Shown: positions 38,395 through 48,151 of the stretch, piece by piece
How the letters are laid out: each line of letters starts with the position of its first letter
Numbering within the stretch: position 1 is the stretch's first letter
From: Candidatus Bathyarchaeia archaeon
GTDB lineage: Archaea; Thermoproteota; Bathyarchaeia; Bathyarchaeales; Bathycorpusculaceae
NCBI GenBank assembly: GCA_050010755.1
Contig: JBEKKK010000002.1
Span: forward strand, 96,001 to 160,000
Direction of reading: 5' to 3'
DNA length: 64,000 nucleotides
Program-made: the position numbers and the translations under genes
The notes under the pieces: model-generated
Databases searched by the model: none
Seen by the model: the letters and a program-made list of their open reading frames with translations, nothing else
What the model was told of the DNA's origin: nothing

Positions 38395-39837
38395 TTGGAA
38401 AGCCCAGTGACCGCTCTTTCCAAAAAGACTCTTGCGAAGATTCTGGACGCTGACAAGCTCAAGTACTGCTTTGAGTGCGGCATCTGTACGGCCAGCTGTT
38501 CTATGGCCGAGATGCTTGGAAACGACTACAACCCGCGAGCGCTGCTGGAGCAGGTTTGTCTTAACCCAGAGTCTGTTTTCAACTTGGATGAGCTTTGGCT
38601 TTGCGGGTGGTGTTACCGCTGCCAGAAACGTTGCCCTCAAGGTTTGAAACTGCCTGAAATATTCCTCTCGCTTCGATTAATCGCTAAGGAGCACGGCGGC
38701 ATGAAGGCTTTTGACAGAGCTCTTCAGAAAATAGTTGAGAATGTTCCTCTTCCACTCGTGACGACGCTGGTCTGTTTTCATCCTGAACGCGCTGGGCTAG
38801 AGAATGCCAAGGTTCTGGAGAAGATTGAGCAGATGCGCGGCGAATGGCTCAGGGCGAAGAAGCCTGAAAAATCGGGGCGAGCGTCAGAAAAGGTTGCCGT
38901 AATCGGTTCGGGACCTGCGGGCCTCACCGTCGCGTACGAGTTGGGCAGAAAGGGTTATTCGATCACGGTGTTTGAGTCTCTTCCTGAACTGGGCGGGATG
39001 CTGAGAAAATGTATACCAGAATATCGTTTGCCCAAGAAGATCCTTGCCGAGGAAGTCAAGTTCATAGAAGACTTGGGCGTCGAGGTCAAGACAGGCACAG
39101 AGATCGGGAAGGATGTGAGTTTTGAGGATCTGCGAAAGATGGGTTTTCAGGCTGTTTTTGTCGGAGCTGGGGCTCACAAGAGCCAGGGGCTCAAGGTCGA
39201 AGGGTGCGACTTGGAAGGAGTGACCGACGCTCTGGATTTTCTGTGGAGTTCGAATTGTGGTAAGAAAACGCGTGTGGGCAAGAACGTTGTCGTTGTCGGG
39301 GGTGGCAACGTTGCCATGGACGCGGCAAGAACGGCGAAGCGCAACGGGGCGGAAATGGTGACGGTGCTTTATCGAAGGTCGAGGGATGAGATGCCGGCGA
39401 ACCCGTGGGAGGTCAAAGAGGCGGAAGATGAGGGCGTGAAGATCGAGTTTTTGGTTTCGCCCAAAAAGGTTCTGGGGGAAAAGGGTAAGGTTTGCGGCTT
39501 GGAGTGTGTTCGGATGCAGTTGGGCGAGCCTGACGATTCTGGCAGGAGAAAGGCTGTTACTGCAGAGGGTTCGGATTTCAAGTGGGAGACTGACATGATG
39601 GTGCTCGCGATCGGCGAGGCGCCGGACTTGCGGTTCTTGCCGAAGCAGTTTGAGTTAAACGAAGATGGGACGGTTTGGGTCAACCCGGTGACGATGGAGA
39701 CGAGCGTGCCAGGCGTTTTCGCCGGAGGGGACGCCGTGACCGGCCCTGCCTCGGTGATTGAGGCGATTCGGGATGGGAAGCGCGCCGCGGAGTCTATTGA
39801 AAGCCTCCTGGTATCTGAGAGGAGGGTGAGACAGTGA
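38395..39837 (+). CDS. Fusion of an HdrC-like 2[4Fe-4S] domain and a GltD/NfnB-like FAD/NAD(P)H oxidoreductase
   Basis: CFECGICTASC and CGWCYRCQKRCP; GSGPAG, IPEYRLP, GGGNVAMD, YRRS, FAGGD. Confidence 0.88.
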   Translation: MESPVTALSKKTLAKILDADKLKYCFECGICTASCSMAEMLGNDYNPRALLEQVCLNPESVFNLDELWLCGWCYRCQKRCPQGLKLPEIFLSLRLIAKEHGGMKAFDRALQKIVENVPLPLVTTLVCFHPERAGLENAKVLEKIEQMRGEWLRAKKPEKSGRASEKVAVIGSGPAGLTVAYELGRKGYSITVFESLPELGGMLRKCIPEYRLPKKILAEEVKFIEDLGVEVKTGTEIGKDVSFEDLRKMGFQAVFVGAGAHKSQGLKVEGCDLEGVTDALDFLWSSNCGKKTRVGKNVVVVGGGNVAMDAARTAKRNGAEMVTVLYRRSRDEMPANPWEVKEAEDEGVKIEFLVSPKKVLGEKGKVCGLECVRMQLGEPDDSGRRKAVTAEGSDFKWETDMMVLAIGEAPDLRFLPKQFELNEDGTVWVNPVTMETSVPGVFAGGDAVTGPASVIEAIRDGKRAAESIESLLVSERRVRQ

Positions 39838-42269
39838 CGGAGAAGAAGGAGTCGAAGCAGGAGCAAGAGGAGCAGGTTCGAATCGGAGTCTACGTCTGCC
39901 ACTGTGGTTTGAACATCGCGGGTTCGGTTGACTGTGAGGAGGTCGCCAAGTATGCGGGAACGTTGCCCAACGTTGTTCTGGCCCAGGACAATCGTTACAC
40001 GTGTTCGGATCAGGGGCAGGCTGGAATAAAGAACGATATTAAGGAGCACAAGTTGAATCGGGTCGTCGTGGCCTCGTGTTCTCCCCGCCTTCATGAGCCG
40101 ACGTTCAGGAAAACGTGTGAAGATGCCGGTTTGAACAAGTACTTGTTTGAGATGGCTAACATTCGTGAACACTGCAGTTGGGTTCACCTTTACGACAAGG
40201 AGGCTGGTACAGAGAAGGCTAAGGATCTTGTGAAGATGGCTGTGGCCAAGGCTACGTTGCTTGAGCCTGCGGTCGAGGCTGAAGTGCCCATTACTAGAAG
40301 GGCCTTGGTCATCGGCGGCGGCGTGGCTGGCATCCAAGCGTCTCTAGATCTCGCTGACACTGGTTACAAGGTGTATCTGGTGGAGAAGGAGCCGAGCATC
40401 GGCGGGATGATGGCTAGGATTGACAAGACTTTTCCCACCATGGACTGTTCGATTTGCATTCTTGCTCCGAAGATGTCTGACGCGGGCCATCATCCGAATA
40501 TTGAGCTGTTGACTAACAGTGAGGTCAGCGAGGTGAAAGGGTACATCGGCAACTTTCACGTGAAGGTGTTGAGGAAGCCGCGTTACGTGACGAAGGATTG
40601 CTCGGCCTGCGGAGAGTGCGTGAAGGTCTGTCCAATCGCGGTTCCGAACGAGTTCGACGTTGGTTTGGCGGTTAGGCATGGAATATACACGCCTTTCGCT
40701 CAGGCTGTTCCTTCAACTTACATTATCGACATGAACCTGTGCCTCAATAAGGACGGCGTCATCGTGTGCGACAAGTGCGTAAAAGCGTGTGACAGGCAGG
40801 CGATAAGCTTCGAGACGAAGCCCGTGACTGAGGAGCTTGAAGTGGGCACGATAATCGTGGCGACTGGAGCAGACGTGTTCGACCCTACTGTGCTGCCTAA
40901 CCTCGGGTACGGTAAGATTCCCAACGTGATCACATCTCTTGAGTTTGAGAGGCTAATCAACGCTGGCGGACCATCGGGCGGCCATTTGATAAGGCCGAGC
41001 GATAGGCAGATTCCCAAGCGTGTAGCGTTTGTTCAATGCGTTGGCTCAAGGTCTGAAAAGACCGGAAAACTGTACTGCAGCAACGTTTGCTGCATGAACA
41101 CGATCAAGGACAGCCTTTTGATTAAGGAGCATTGGCCAGACACTGAAATCTACGTTTTCTACGTTGACATAAGGGCCTACGGCAAGGGTTTTGAGGACCT
41201 GTACAAGCGAGCCAGAAATGCAGGCGTTGTGTTCGTCCGAGGATTGCCGGCGCAGATTGTGGAGGATAAGAAGACGCATAACGTGTGGCTGATAGGCGAG
41301 AACACGTTAAGGAACGAAGTTTACAGGATTAACGCTGACATGGCGATTCTGTCGATAGGGCTGGAGGCTAGGAAGGACAGCGAGACGATTCAGCGGTTGC
41401 TGACGCTCTCGAGGAACCAGGACGGTTTCTTCTTGGAGGCACATCCGAAGCTCAGACCTGTCGACGCTGCTACGGGCGGCGTTTTCTTCGCCGGTTGCGC
41501 CGAGTCTCCAAAGGACATAAAGGACAGTGTGACACAGGCCAGCGCGGCTGCGGCTCGAGCAGGCATACTCATGGCGAAAGGGCACGTGACGGTTGAAGCA
41601 ATCACGCCCATCACGTTTCCTGAAAAGTGCAAGGCCTGCGGACTCTGCGTGAAGGTCTGCCCTTACAATGCCATCAGTTTGAACAAGGATTTGAAGAGGG
41701 TTGAAATCATCGAGGCGGCATGCGGCGGCTGCGGCACGTGCGCGGCCGAGTGCAACTTCGGTGCTTTGACTCAGAAGCACTTCACGGACGAGCAGATAAT
41801 TGCCCAGATAGATGCGATTACTGAGAATGAGCCTGAGAAGAAGATCGTCGCTTTCTGCTGCAACTGGTGTTCGTATGCAGGCGCGGACTTTGCCGGAGTT
41901 AGTCGTATGCAATATCCACCTAACGCGCGGATTATAAGGACGATGTGTTCTGGACGTGTTTCTCAAAAATTTGTCGAAAGGGCTTTCGCGCGTGGCGCCG
42001 CCACTGTGCTCGTGTCCGGCTGCCACCTAGGCGACTGTCATTACATCAACGCGAACTACCAGACGCAGAAGCGGATGGAGCGGTTGTGGAAGAAGATGGA
42101 GCAGAGCGGTTTGGACAAGCAGCGTCTGCAGCTTCTGTGGGCTTCTGCGGCCGAGGGCGAAAAATTCGCGTCAAAAATGCGTGAGATGAAGACGATAGTG
42201 GACAAGGTTAAGCTTGAGGAGATCGAGAAGGGCAAGAAGGTTTTTGCAAAAGTTTTGGAGGGCGACTAG
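39834..42269 (+). CDS. hdrA: Heterodisulfide reductase subunit A fused to MvhD
   Basis: GVYVCHCG, IREHCSW, GGGVAG, KTFPTMDC, CVGSR, CSNVCC and ferredoxin motifs; C-terminal CCNWC..CSGR..GCHLGDCHY. Confidence 0.95.
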   Translation: MTEKKESKQEQEEQVRIGVYVCHCGLNIAGSVDCEEVAKYAGTLPNVVLAQDNRYTCSDQGQAGIKNDIKEHKLNRVVVASCSPRLHEPTFRKTCEDAGLNKYLFEMANIREHCSWVHLYDKEAGTEKAKDLVKMAVAKATLLEPAVEAEVPITRRALVIGGGVAGIQASLDLADTGYKVYLVEKEPSIGGMMARIDKTFPTMDCSICILAPKMSDAGHHPNIELLTNSEVSEVKGYIGNFHVKVLRKPRYVTKDCSACGECVKVCPIAVPNEFDVGLAVRHGIYTPFAQAVPSTYIIDMNLCLNKDGVIVCDKCVKACDRQAISFETKPVTEELEVGTIIVATGADVFDPTVLPNLGYGKIPNVITSLEFERLINAGGPSGGHLIRPSDRQIPKRVAFVQCVGSRSEKTGKLYCSNVCCMNTIKDSLLIKEHWPDTEIYVFYVDIRAYGKGFEDLYKRARNAGVVFVRGLPAQIVEDKKTHNVWLIGENTLRNEVYRINADMAILSIGLEARKDSETIQRLLTLSRNQDGFFLEAHPKLRPVDAATGGVFFAGCAESPKDIKDSVTQASAAAARAGILMAKGHVTVEAITPITFPEKCKACGLCVKVCPYNAISLNKDLKRVEIIEAACGGCGTCAAECNFGALTQKHFTDEQIIAQIDAITENEPEKKIVAFCCNWCSYAGADFAGVSRMQYPPNARIIRTMCSGRVSQKFVERAFARGAATVLVSGCHLGDCHYINANYQTQKRMERLWKKMEQSGLDKQRLQLLWASAAEGEKFASKMREMKTIVDKVKLEEIEKGKKVFAKVLEGD

Positions 42270-42270
42270 T

Positions 42271-42549
42271 ATGCCAGAAAGGATTCGACATGCCCCGCTT
42301 GACCTGGAAAAAGTCAAACCTGCAAAAATGGAGATCCATCTCATCAAGGATGAGTGCAAAGGATGCGGCTACTGCATCGAATACTGTCCCAAGAAGGTGT
42401 TGGAACAGTCGGACGAAATAAATGCCAGGGGAGTTCACCCTCCCAGAATCGTGGACGAGAGCCAGTGCATTAACTGCAGCTTCTGCAGCATAGTCTGCCC
42501 GGACTTTGCGATTTTCGTTACTGAGAAGAAGAACAAGGAGGAGAAGTGA
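42271..42549 (+). CDS. korD: 2-oxoacid:ferredoxin oxidoreductase delta (ferredoxin) subunit
   Basis: CKGCGYCIEYCP and CINCSFCSIVCPDFAI. Confidence 0.88.
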   Translation: MPERIRHAPLDLEKVKPAKMEIHLIKDECKGCGYCIEYCPKKVLEQSDEINARGVHPPRIVDESQCINCSFCSIVCPDFAIFVTEKKNKEEK

Positions 42550-42550
42550 A

Positions 42551-43702
42551 ATGCCCAAAGCGAAGAGTGCGTTAACTGGCGCCCATTTCCTGAACGGCGA
42601 CATCGCCTGTGCCGAAGGCGCAATAGCGGCTGGATGCAGGTTTTTTGCAGGTTACCCGATTACGCCAGCAACAGAGATCGCCGAACATCTGTCTATGAGA
42701 ATGCCCGAATTTGGCGGAATCTACATTCAGATGGAGGATGAGATTGCGTCGATGGCGGCCGTCATCGGTGCTTCTTATTCCGGTTTGAAGGCCATGACCG
42801 CGACTTCGGGGCCTGGTTTCAGCCTCATGCAGGAGAACATAGGGCTTGCCGTTATGACGGAGGCTCCGTGCGTGATCGTGGACGTTATGCGAGGCGGTCC
42901 GAGCACTGGGCAGCCGACCTTGCCCGGACAGCAGGACGTGATGCAAGCCAAATGGGGTTCGCATGGCGATTATGGCATAATAGCTCTTTCGCCCAGTTCG
43001 GTTCAGGAGATGTTCGATTTAACCGTTGAAGCCTTCAACCTTTCTGAGACTTACCGCGTTCCGACCCTGCTGATGGGCGACGAGATAGTGGGTCACATGT
43101 GGGAGAAAGTGGTCATTCCTCCTCCCGACAAGATACGAATTGTAAACAGAAAGAAGCCGAACGTTCCACGAGAGAAGTATCTGCCGTTCAAGCCTGACGA
43201 AAATCTGGTGCCGTCCATGGCCTGTTTCGGCGAGGGCTTCCGTTTTCACGCGACGGGTTTGACGCACAACGAACACGGTTATCCGAGGACCACGAGTTCC
43301 GAGGTTCAGTCTCAACTCGTTCATCGTCTGGTCGACAAGATTCAGAAGAACGCGGACAAGATAGTCAGGGTTGAGGAAGTTATGCTTGAAGACGCCGACA
43401 TCGTCGTCGTCGCTTACGGCATTGTTGCCCGTGCTGGGCTGAGCGCGATTAGAAAGGCTAGAGAGAAAGGCATCAAGGCAGGATTGTTGAGGCTGATAAC
43501 ACTGTGGCCCTTCCCGGAAAAACAGGTTGCTAAAGCAGCGCAGAGCGCTAGGGCGATTGTTGTGCCAGAGATGAACTGTGGGCAGATGGTCCGAGAGGTT
43601 GAGAGAGCTGCAAAAGAGACCCCTGTTGCGTTTCTCTCAAAGTTGGGGGAGGATCCTCACACTCCACTGGAGATTCTTGAGGTCATAAGGAGGAGCAAGT
43701 AG
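42551..43702 (+). CDS. korA: 2-oxoacid:ferredoxin oxidoreductase alpha subunit
   Basis: GYPITP, QMEDEI, TSGPG, RGGPSTG, PEMN.GQ. Confidence 0.93.
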   Translation: MPKAKSALTGAHFLNGDIACAEGAIAAGCRFFAGYPITPATEIAEHLSMRMPEFGGIYIQMEDEIASMAAVIGASYSGLKAMTATSGPGFSLMQENIGLAVMTEAPCVIVDVMRGGPSTGQPTLPGQQDVMQAKWGSHGDYGIIALSPSSVQEMFDLTVEAFNLSETYRVPTLLMGDEIVGHMWEKVVIPPPDKIRIVNRKKPNVPREKYLPFKPDENLVPSMACFGEGFRFHATGLTHNEHGYPRTTSSEVQSQLVHRLVDKIQKNADKIVRVEEVMLEDADIVVVAYGIVARAGLSAIRKAREKGIKAGLLRLITLWPFPEKQVAKAAQSARAIVVPEMNCGQMVREVERAAKETPVAFLSKLGEDPHTPLEILEVIRRSK

Positions 43703-44563
43703 ATGGTTCAAGAAAATGTTCCGCCGGTCATTTTGCATCCGTTTTCGAAGTATCTGAGAGAAGATATGATGCCGCACATCTGGTGTCAGGGTTGTGGCAA
43801 CGGTGTATTGTTGAACGCTTTCGTGCACGCGTTGGATGAACTTCAAACGGACTTGGACAAGTTGGTCGTCGTTTCAGGCATTGGCTGCATCGGAAGAAGT
43901 GCTGGGTACATGAACACGGATTCCTTCCATACAACACATGGTCGTGCCCTACCCTTTGCAACAGGAGTCAAGTTGGCAAACCCTGAGTTAGAGGTCGTCG
44001 TCATAAGTGGTGATGGTGACCTCTTCGCTATAGGAGGAAACCATTTCATTCACGCGGCCAGGAGAAACATCGGCATCAAAGTGCTATGTGCAAACAACCT
44101 GAACTACGGCATGACTGGAGGTCAGCAGGGCCCCACCACGCCGCTTGACTCGGTGACCACCACAAGCATGTACGGGAACATCGAGCATCCGTTCAACCTT
44201 GTCCACTTGGCGGCAGCCTCGGGCGCCACCTACGTGGCCCGCTGGACATCTTTGCACGTGCGCAGGTTGACGCAGTCTATCAAGAAGATGCTGCAGAAGG
44301 AGGGCTTCTGTTTCATTGAGATGCTCTCACCTTGTCCTGAAATCTATGGCCGCTACAACAAGATGCGGTCGGGCCTCGAAATGATGGGCTGGTTCAAAAA
44401 GGCCTCAGTTGTCGAAAACTTTTCAGATCCGTCGAAGGCCGATATCACTGCGGACAGGATAGTCGTTGGCGAATTCGTTGATATCAATAAGTTGAGCTAC
44501 GAGAAGATGCTGCACGAGAAGATTTCAAAGATAAACGAAAAGGCGATGGAAAAGGTGAGTTAG
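43703..44563 (+). CDS. korB: 2-oxoacid:ferredoxin oxidoreductase beta subunit
   Basis: WCQGCG, SGIGC, HGRA, GDGD TPP motif, YGMTGGQ, SPCP. Confidence 0.93.
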   Translation: MVQENVPPVILHPFSKYLREDMMPHIWCQGCGNGVLLNAFVHALDELQTDLDKLVVVSGIGCIGRSAGYMNTDSFHTTHGRALPFATGVKLANPELEVVVISGDGDLFAIGGNHFIHAARRNIGIKVLCANNLNYGMTGGQQGPTTPLDSVTTTSMYGNIEHPFNLVHLAAASGATYVARWTSLHVRRLTQSIKKMLQKEGFCFIEMLSPCPEIYGRYNKMRSGLEMMGWFKKASVVENFSDPSKADITADRIVVGEFVDINKLSYEKMLHEKISKINEKAMEKVS

Positions 44564-44564
44564 C

Positions 44565-45107
44565 ATGAGAGTCGAGGTTAGGTTCGCAGGCTTCGGAGGC
44601 CAGGGAATAATCAAGTCTGGGATAATCGTGGCGGCAGCGGCTTCCATACACTCAGACAAGAACGCTGTTCAAACGCAGTCTTACGGTCCTGAGTCGCGTG
44701 GGGGAGCGTGCAAGTCCGAAGTCGTGATTTCTGAGGAAGACATTGATTTCCCGAAGGTTGTCGAGCCCGATGTGTTGGTAGTGATGTCGCAGGCCGCTTA
44801 CAACGATTACGCAGATGACGTTAAGCCTGGGGGCACGGTGATTCTGGATCCCGACATGATTCCGCGCCGGAAGGAAATGAAGGGCCTAAGGGTCTATCAA
44901 GTTCCCGCAACGAAGATTGCGGAGGAACTGGGAAGAAGAATAGTTGCAAACATCGTCATGTTAGGCGCGTTCACCGCCATCACCGAGCTGATGGATGAAA
45001 AAGCGTTGAAGGAGTCTGTCAAGGAAAACATTCCCAAGGGAACTGAAGAGTTAAACCTGGCAGCCTTCGACAAGGGATTCGAATACGGAAAGACCTTCAA
45101 AAACTAG
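44565..45107 (+). CDS. korC: 2-oxoacid:ferredoxin oxidoreductase gamma subunit
   Basis: GFGGQG, SYGPESRGG, NIVMLGA. Confidence 0.92.
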   Translation: MRVEVRFAGFGGQGIIKSGIIVAAAASIHSDKNAVQTQSYGPESRGGACKSEVVISEEDIDFPKVVEPDVLVVMSQAAYNDYADDVKPGGTVILDPDMIPRRKEMKGLRVYQVPATKIAEELGRRIVANIVMLGAFTAITELMDEKALKESVKENIPKGTEELNLAAFDKGFEYGKTFKN

Positions 45108-45109
45108 GT

Positions 45110-45718
45110 TTACGCGCTCTGCTGAACTTGCGGTTGGGACGCGACAGATACTACTTTTGAGCCCCTGACGCCTACGTGACGCAGTGGAGCGATTTTTTTT
45201 GCGTCGTTGTATATGTCAGACGCTATTTTTCCGAGAACGATTTCCTGTGCGAGCTGATCCATCGTGAGGGCGGAGGCTTTTTCTTTCATTATCTTGTCCA
45301 TTATGGCGCGCAGGATCTTTTCCTGTGATGTTTTGATTCTTGAGAGTGTAAAAGCGCTGACAGCTATTCTCAAGGTGTACCCGTCTTTCGTCGTGACCTT
45401 GAACAGGCCGTCAACCTTCGTTGTTCTGCGTCTCACTAGGCTTCGCAGGTAATCCCGCGAGTATTCATGCCCCTTAAACATTGTCTTAGCCGTTTTGCCG
45501 TCGATTTCGGTTATCTGGAAGCGCATCTTCAGGTACTGGTGGGCAAAATCGTTCGTAATGTCGTAAAGCGTCGAGTCGATTACTCTTCCGATGAGTTTCT
45601 CCGGTTCATCAGCAGGGACTCCGCCAAGCTCGACGTTTCCAAAGTAGGGTGGAGCCGTTACCATGTACCACTGCTTGCTTCGCCACTTGTCGCGCACTTT
45701 CTTCGTTTTTGAAGACAC
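45110..45718 (-). CDS. rps3ae: 30S ribosomal protein eS1 (S3ae)
   Basis: RDKWRSKQWY, GRVI, RDYLRSLVRR, KKIAPLR. Confidence 0.96.
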   Translation of the reverse strand: MSSKTKKVRDKWRSKQWYMVTAPPYFGNVELGGVPADEPEKLIGRVIDSTLYDITNDFAHQYLKMRFQITEIDGKTAKTMFKGHEYSRDYLRSLVRRRTTKVDGLFKVTTKDGYTLRIAVSAFTLSRIKTSQEKILRAIMDKIMKEKASALTMDQLAQEIVLGKIASDIYNDAKKIAPLRHVGVRGSKVVSVASQPQVQQSA

Positions 45719-45768
45719 TGTTATCCTCCGGGTGCAGCTTGAATGTTCACATCAGACTATTAAAAGTT

Positions 45769-47058
45769 TTACCGTTTGTACGTTATTTTTTCGATACCGC
45801 CCATGTATTTTCTCAGGGCTTCGGGAACCGTTATTGATCCGTCTTCCTGCTGATAGTTTTCGAGGATGGCAACGATTGTTCTTCCTGTTGCGAGGGCTGT
45901 TGAGTTCAGGGTGTGGACGAAGCCTTTGGGTGCTTCCCCTTCTTTTTCTCTGTACTTGATGTTTAATCTTCTGGCCTGATAGTCGGTGCAGTTACTGCAA
46001 GAAACCAATTCTCGATAGGCGCTCTGCGCCGGCATCCACGCTTCAATGTCGTATTTTTTCGCGGCCACGGTTCCGATGTCGCCCGTGCACACGTTCACAA
46101 CACGGTACGAAAGCCCGAGTTTCCGAACAATCTCCTCAGCGTTGTGTATCAGTTCTTCATGGATTTTCCACGAGTCTTCAGGCTTGCAGAACACGAACTG
46201 TTCAACCTTGTTGAACTGGTGCGTTCGAAAAATCCCCTTCGTGTCCTTGCCATGCGCCCCTGCTTCTTTCCTGAAACAGGGGCTAAATCCTACAAGTTTG
46301 AGAGGAAGGTCTTCTGCTCTCAGGACTTCGTCCATGTACATTGACGCCATAGGGTGCTCAGCGGTCGCGATGAGGTACAGGTCTTCGTTTTCAATCTTGT
46401 AGAGCACGTCTTCGAAGTCGCTCAGGGCGACTGCTCCTTCGTAGGGTTTGCGTCTGATAAGAAAAGGCGGCTCGATTGGCTCGTAGCCCTTCTTGCTCAT
46501 TTCTTCCAGGGCGAAGCTGATGATGGCGTTGTCGAGGAAGACGGCTTCGTTCTTGAGATAGAAGAATCTTGCTCCGGCGATTTTTCCCGCCCTCTCGATG
46601 TCTATGATGTCAAGGTTAAGGCCTAGGTCTATGTGGCCTTTTACTGGAAAACTGAACTTGGGTGTCTTGCCCCATTTTCTGATTTCAACGTTATCGTTTT
46701 CGTCCTTGCCCACGGGCACGGTTTCATGGAGCAGGTTTGGCAGGCGCATCAGCAGGTCGTGCACCTTCTCTTCCCATTCGCTGACGTGCCCTTCGAGAGT
46801 GCTGATTTCATTATCCGTTTTTTTTGCCTTGGAGATTTTGTCAGCGGCGTCTTCACCCTTTTTCTTCGTCGTGGCTATCTCGGCGGTTATCTGCTTTCTC
46901 TCGTGGCGAAGCTCGTTCAGTCTGGTTAAGCCTTGCCGCCATTGTTTGTCATAATCGATTAGGCTCTCGAGCATTTTCTCGTTTCCAGGATCTCCCCTCT
47001 TCTTCAAATTGTTCCTTATAGAGTCTGGGTTTTCCCGAATGAGCTTGATATCAAGCAT
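45769..47058 (-). CDS. serS: Serine--tRNA ligase (bacterial/eukaryal type)
   Basis: MLDIKLIR, TAEHP, FRKEAG, HQFNKVE, SCSNCTDYQARR, HTLNST. Confidence 0.97.
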   Translation of the reverse strand: MLDIKLIRENPDSIRNNLKKRGDPGNEKMLESLIDYDKQWRQGLTRLNELRHERKQITAEIATTKKKGEDAADKISKAKKTDNEISTLEGHVSEWEEKVHDLLMRLPNLLHETVPVGKDENDNVEIRKWGKTPKFSFPVKGHIDLGLNLDIIDIERAGKIAGARFFYLKNEAVFLDNAIISFALEEMSKKGYEPIEPPFLIRRKPYEGAVALSDFEDVLYKIENEDLYLIATAEHPMASMYMDEVLRAEDLPLKLVGFSPCFRKEAGAHGKDTKGIFRTHQFNKVEQFVFCKPEDSWKIHEELIHNAEEIVRKLGLSYRVVNVCTGDIGTVAAKKYDIEAWMPAQSAYRELVSCSNCTDYQARRLNIKYREKEGEAPKGFVHTLNSTALATGRTIVAILENYQQEDGSITVPEALRKYMGGIEKITYKR

Positions 47059-47748
47059 TTTCCGTCACTTGCAACCTTTACCGTTAGCCCCGAATCGTCT
47101 ATTTAACGTTGCGATCGAAATTGCACGGGAACCGAACAATGTTTCAGAGGGCCGGTAACTCTTCAGATGCGTCGTCAACGCGATATGAACGGCGCGCGCG
47201 GGCGAATTAGATAATTCGGGGAAGTGCTGAATGGGCTTTGTTTTTTGTTGAAACTGTTGGAACGTGAAGTGGCAAAGAGTCTTAACATGTCTGCTGGTTG
47301 TTGACGGCAATTGTATCATCGGCTCTTGTGCGCTTGTCGATGAGTTTGGAGAGGTTTGAGCAGGTGTAAGAGCAAGCTGGACCGAAGCCGTTGTCTTGTC
47401 TTCACCATCATTAAACGGAATAATCCTGAAATCGTCCTGAAGACGGGCACTTGTACAGTGAGTTTGCATAATGTTATGAGTGAGTTTCGAGTCTGAACAG
47501 AGCCTGCTGGAAGCTTCTATTGCATAACACAGCCTCCGCACAGCCTAATTCCGAAAAAACTTTTTTCTCGAATCAAACCTCGCGCCAAACCTAAGCGCGC
47601 GCTGCCCTGTGTTATGTCCAAAAACATCGCTGAAGACTCGTGGAGCTTTTTTCCTGTGGAAACTCAAGCAACGTTCGTTGTTCGTTTCGTGTGCGTTAGC
47701 TATAAAAGGCAAAGGTTTGCTATTATGAATGGTTGAAGCTTGGGAATC

Positions 47749-48087
47749 ATGAGTGAAGTATCTGAAAGTGGCAAGCCGGTTTCGCCTGAGAAACTTTTGA
47801 TTGATGATCCCTCCAACTTTCTGTTTCATGCCGCTTTTCTCACTTATTCTGAAGCGTTTGACAAGACTGTTGATCCTGAGGGTAAGAAACAACTCAATGA
47901 CAGCATCGTGGCTCTTCAGCAGAATCAAATAGACTGCCAAACTTTCTACAGGAATATCAGTCGCTTCCGAGAAGATAATGGGACAGCCCCGCGCACCTTC
48001 GGCCGATTGCAAATCAAGACGCAGAGAAAACGAGAGTGGCGCAGACAAACGCAGAAACACGAGAGGATCGAGCGGCACAAGAAATAG
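47749..48087 (+). CDS. Hypothetical protein with a basic C-terminal tail
   Basis: TATAAA at ~47701 upstream; tail KTQRKREWRRQTQKHERIERHKK. Confidence 0.65.
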   Translation: MSEVSESGKPVSPEKLLIDDPSNFLFHAAFLTYSEAFDKTVDPEGKKQLNDSIVALQQNQIDCQTFYRNISRFREDNGTAPRTFGRLQIKTQRKREWRRQTQKHERIERHKK

Positions 48088-48151
48088 ACGACTTCCAGCA
48101 ATTAGCATCCGTGAAGTCTCGAATATCGAAATTTCATGACAAGGCTCATGG

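Noticed and set aside
39872-39890. tRNA T-loop-like GGTTCGAATC
   Set aside because: It lies inside hdrA coding sequence and no cloverleaf can be formed.
47065-48108. Minus-strand ORFs 47065-47541 and 47545-48108
   Set aside because: Composition is not protein-like, and the second overlaps the better-supported plus-strand gene.
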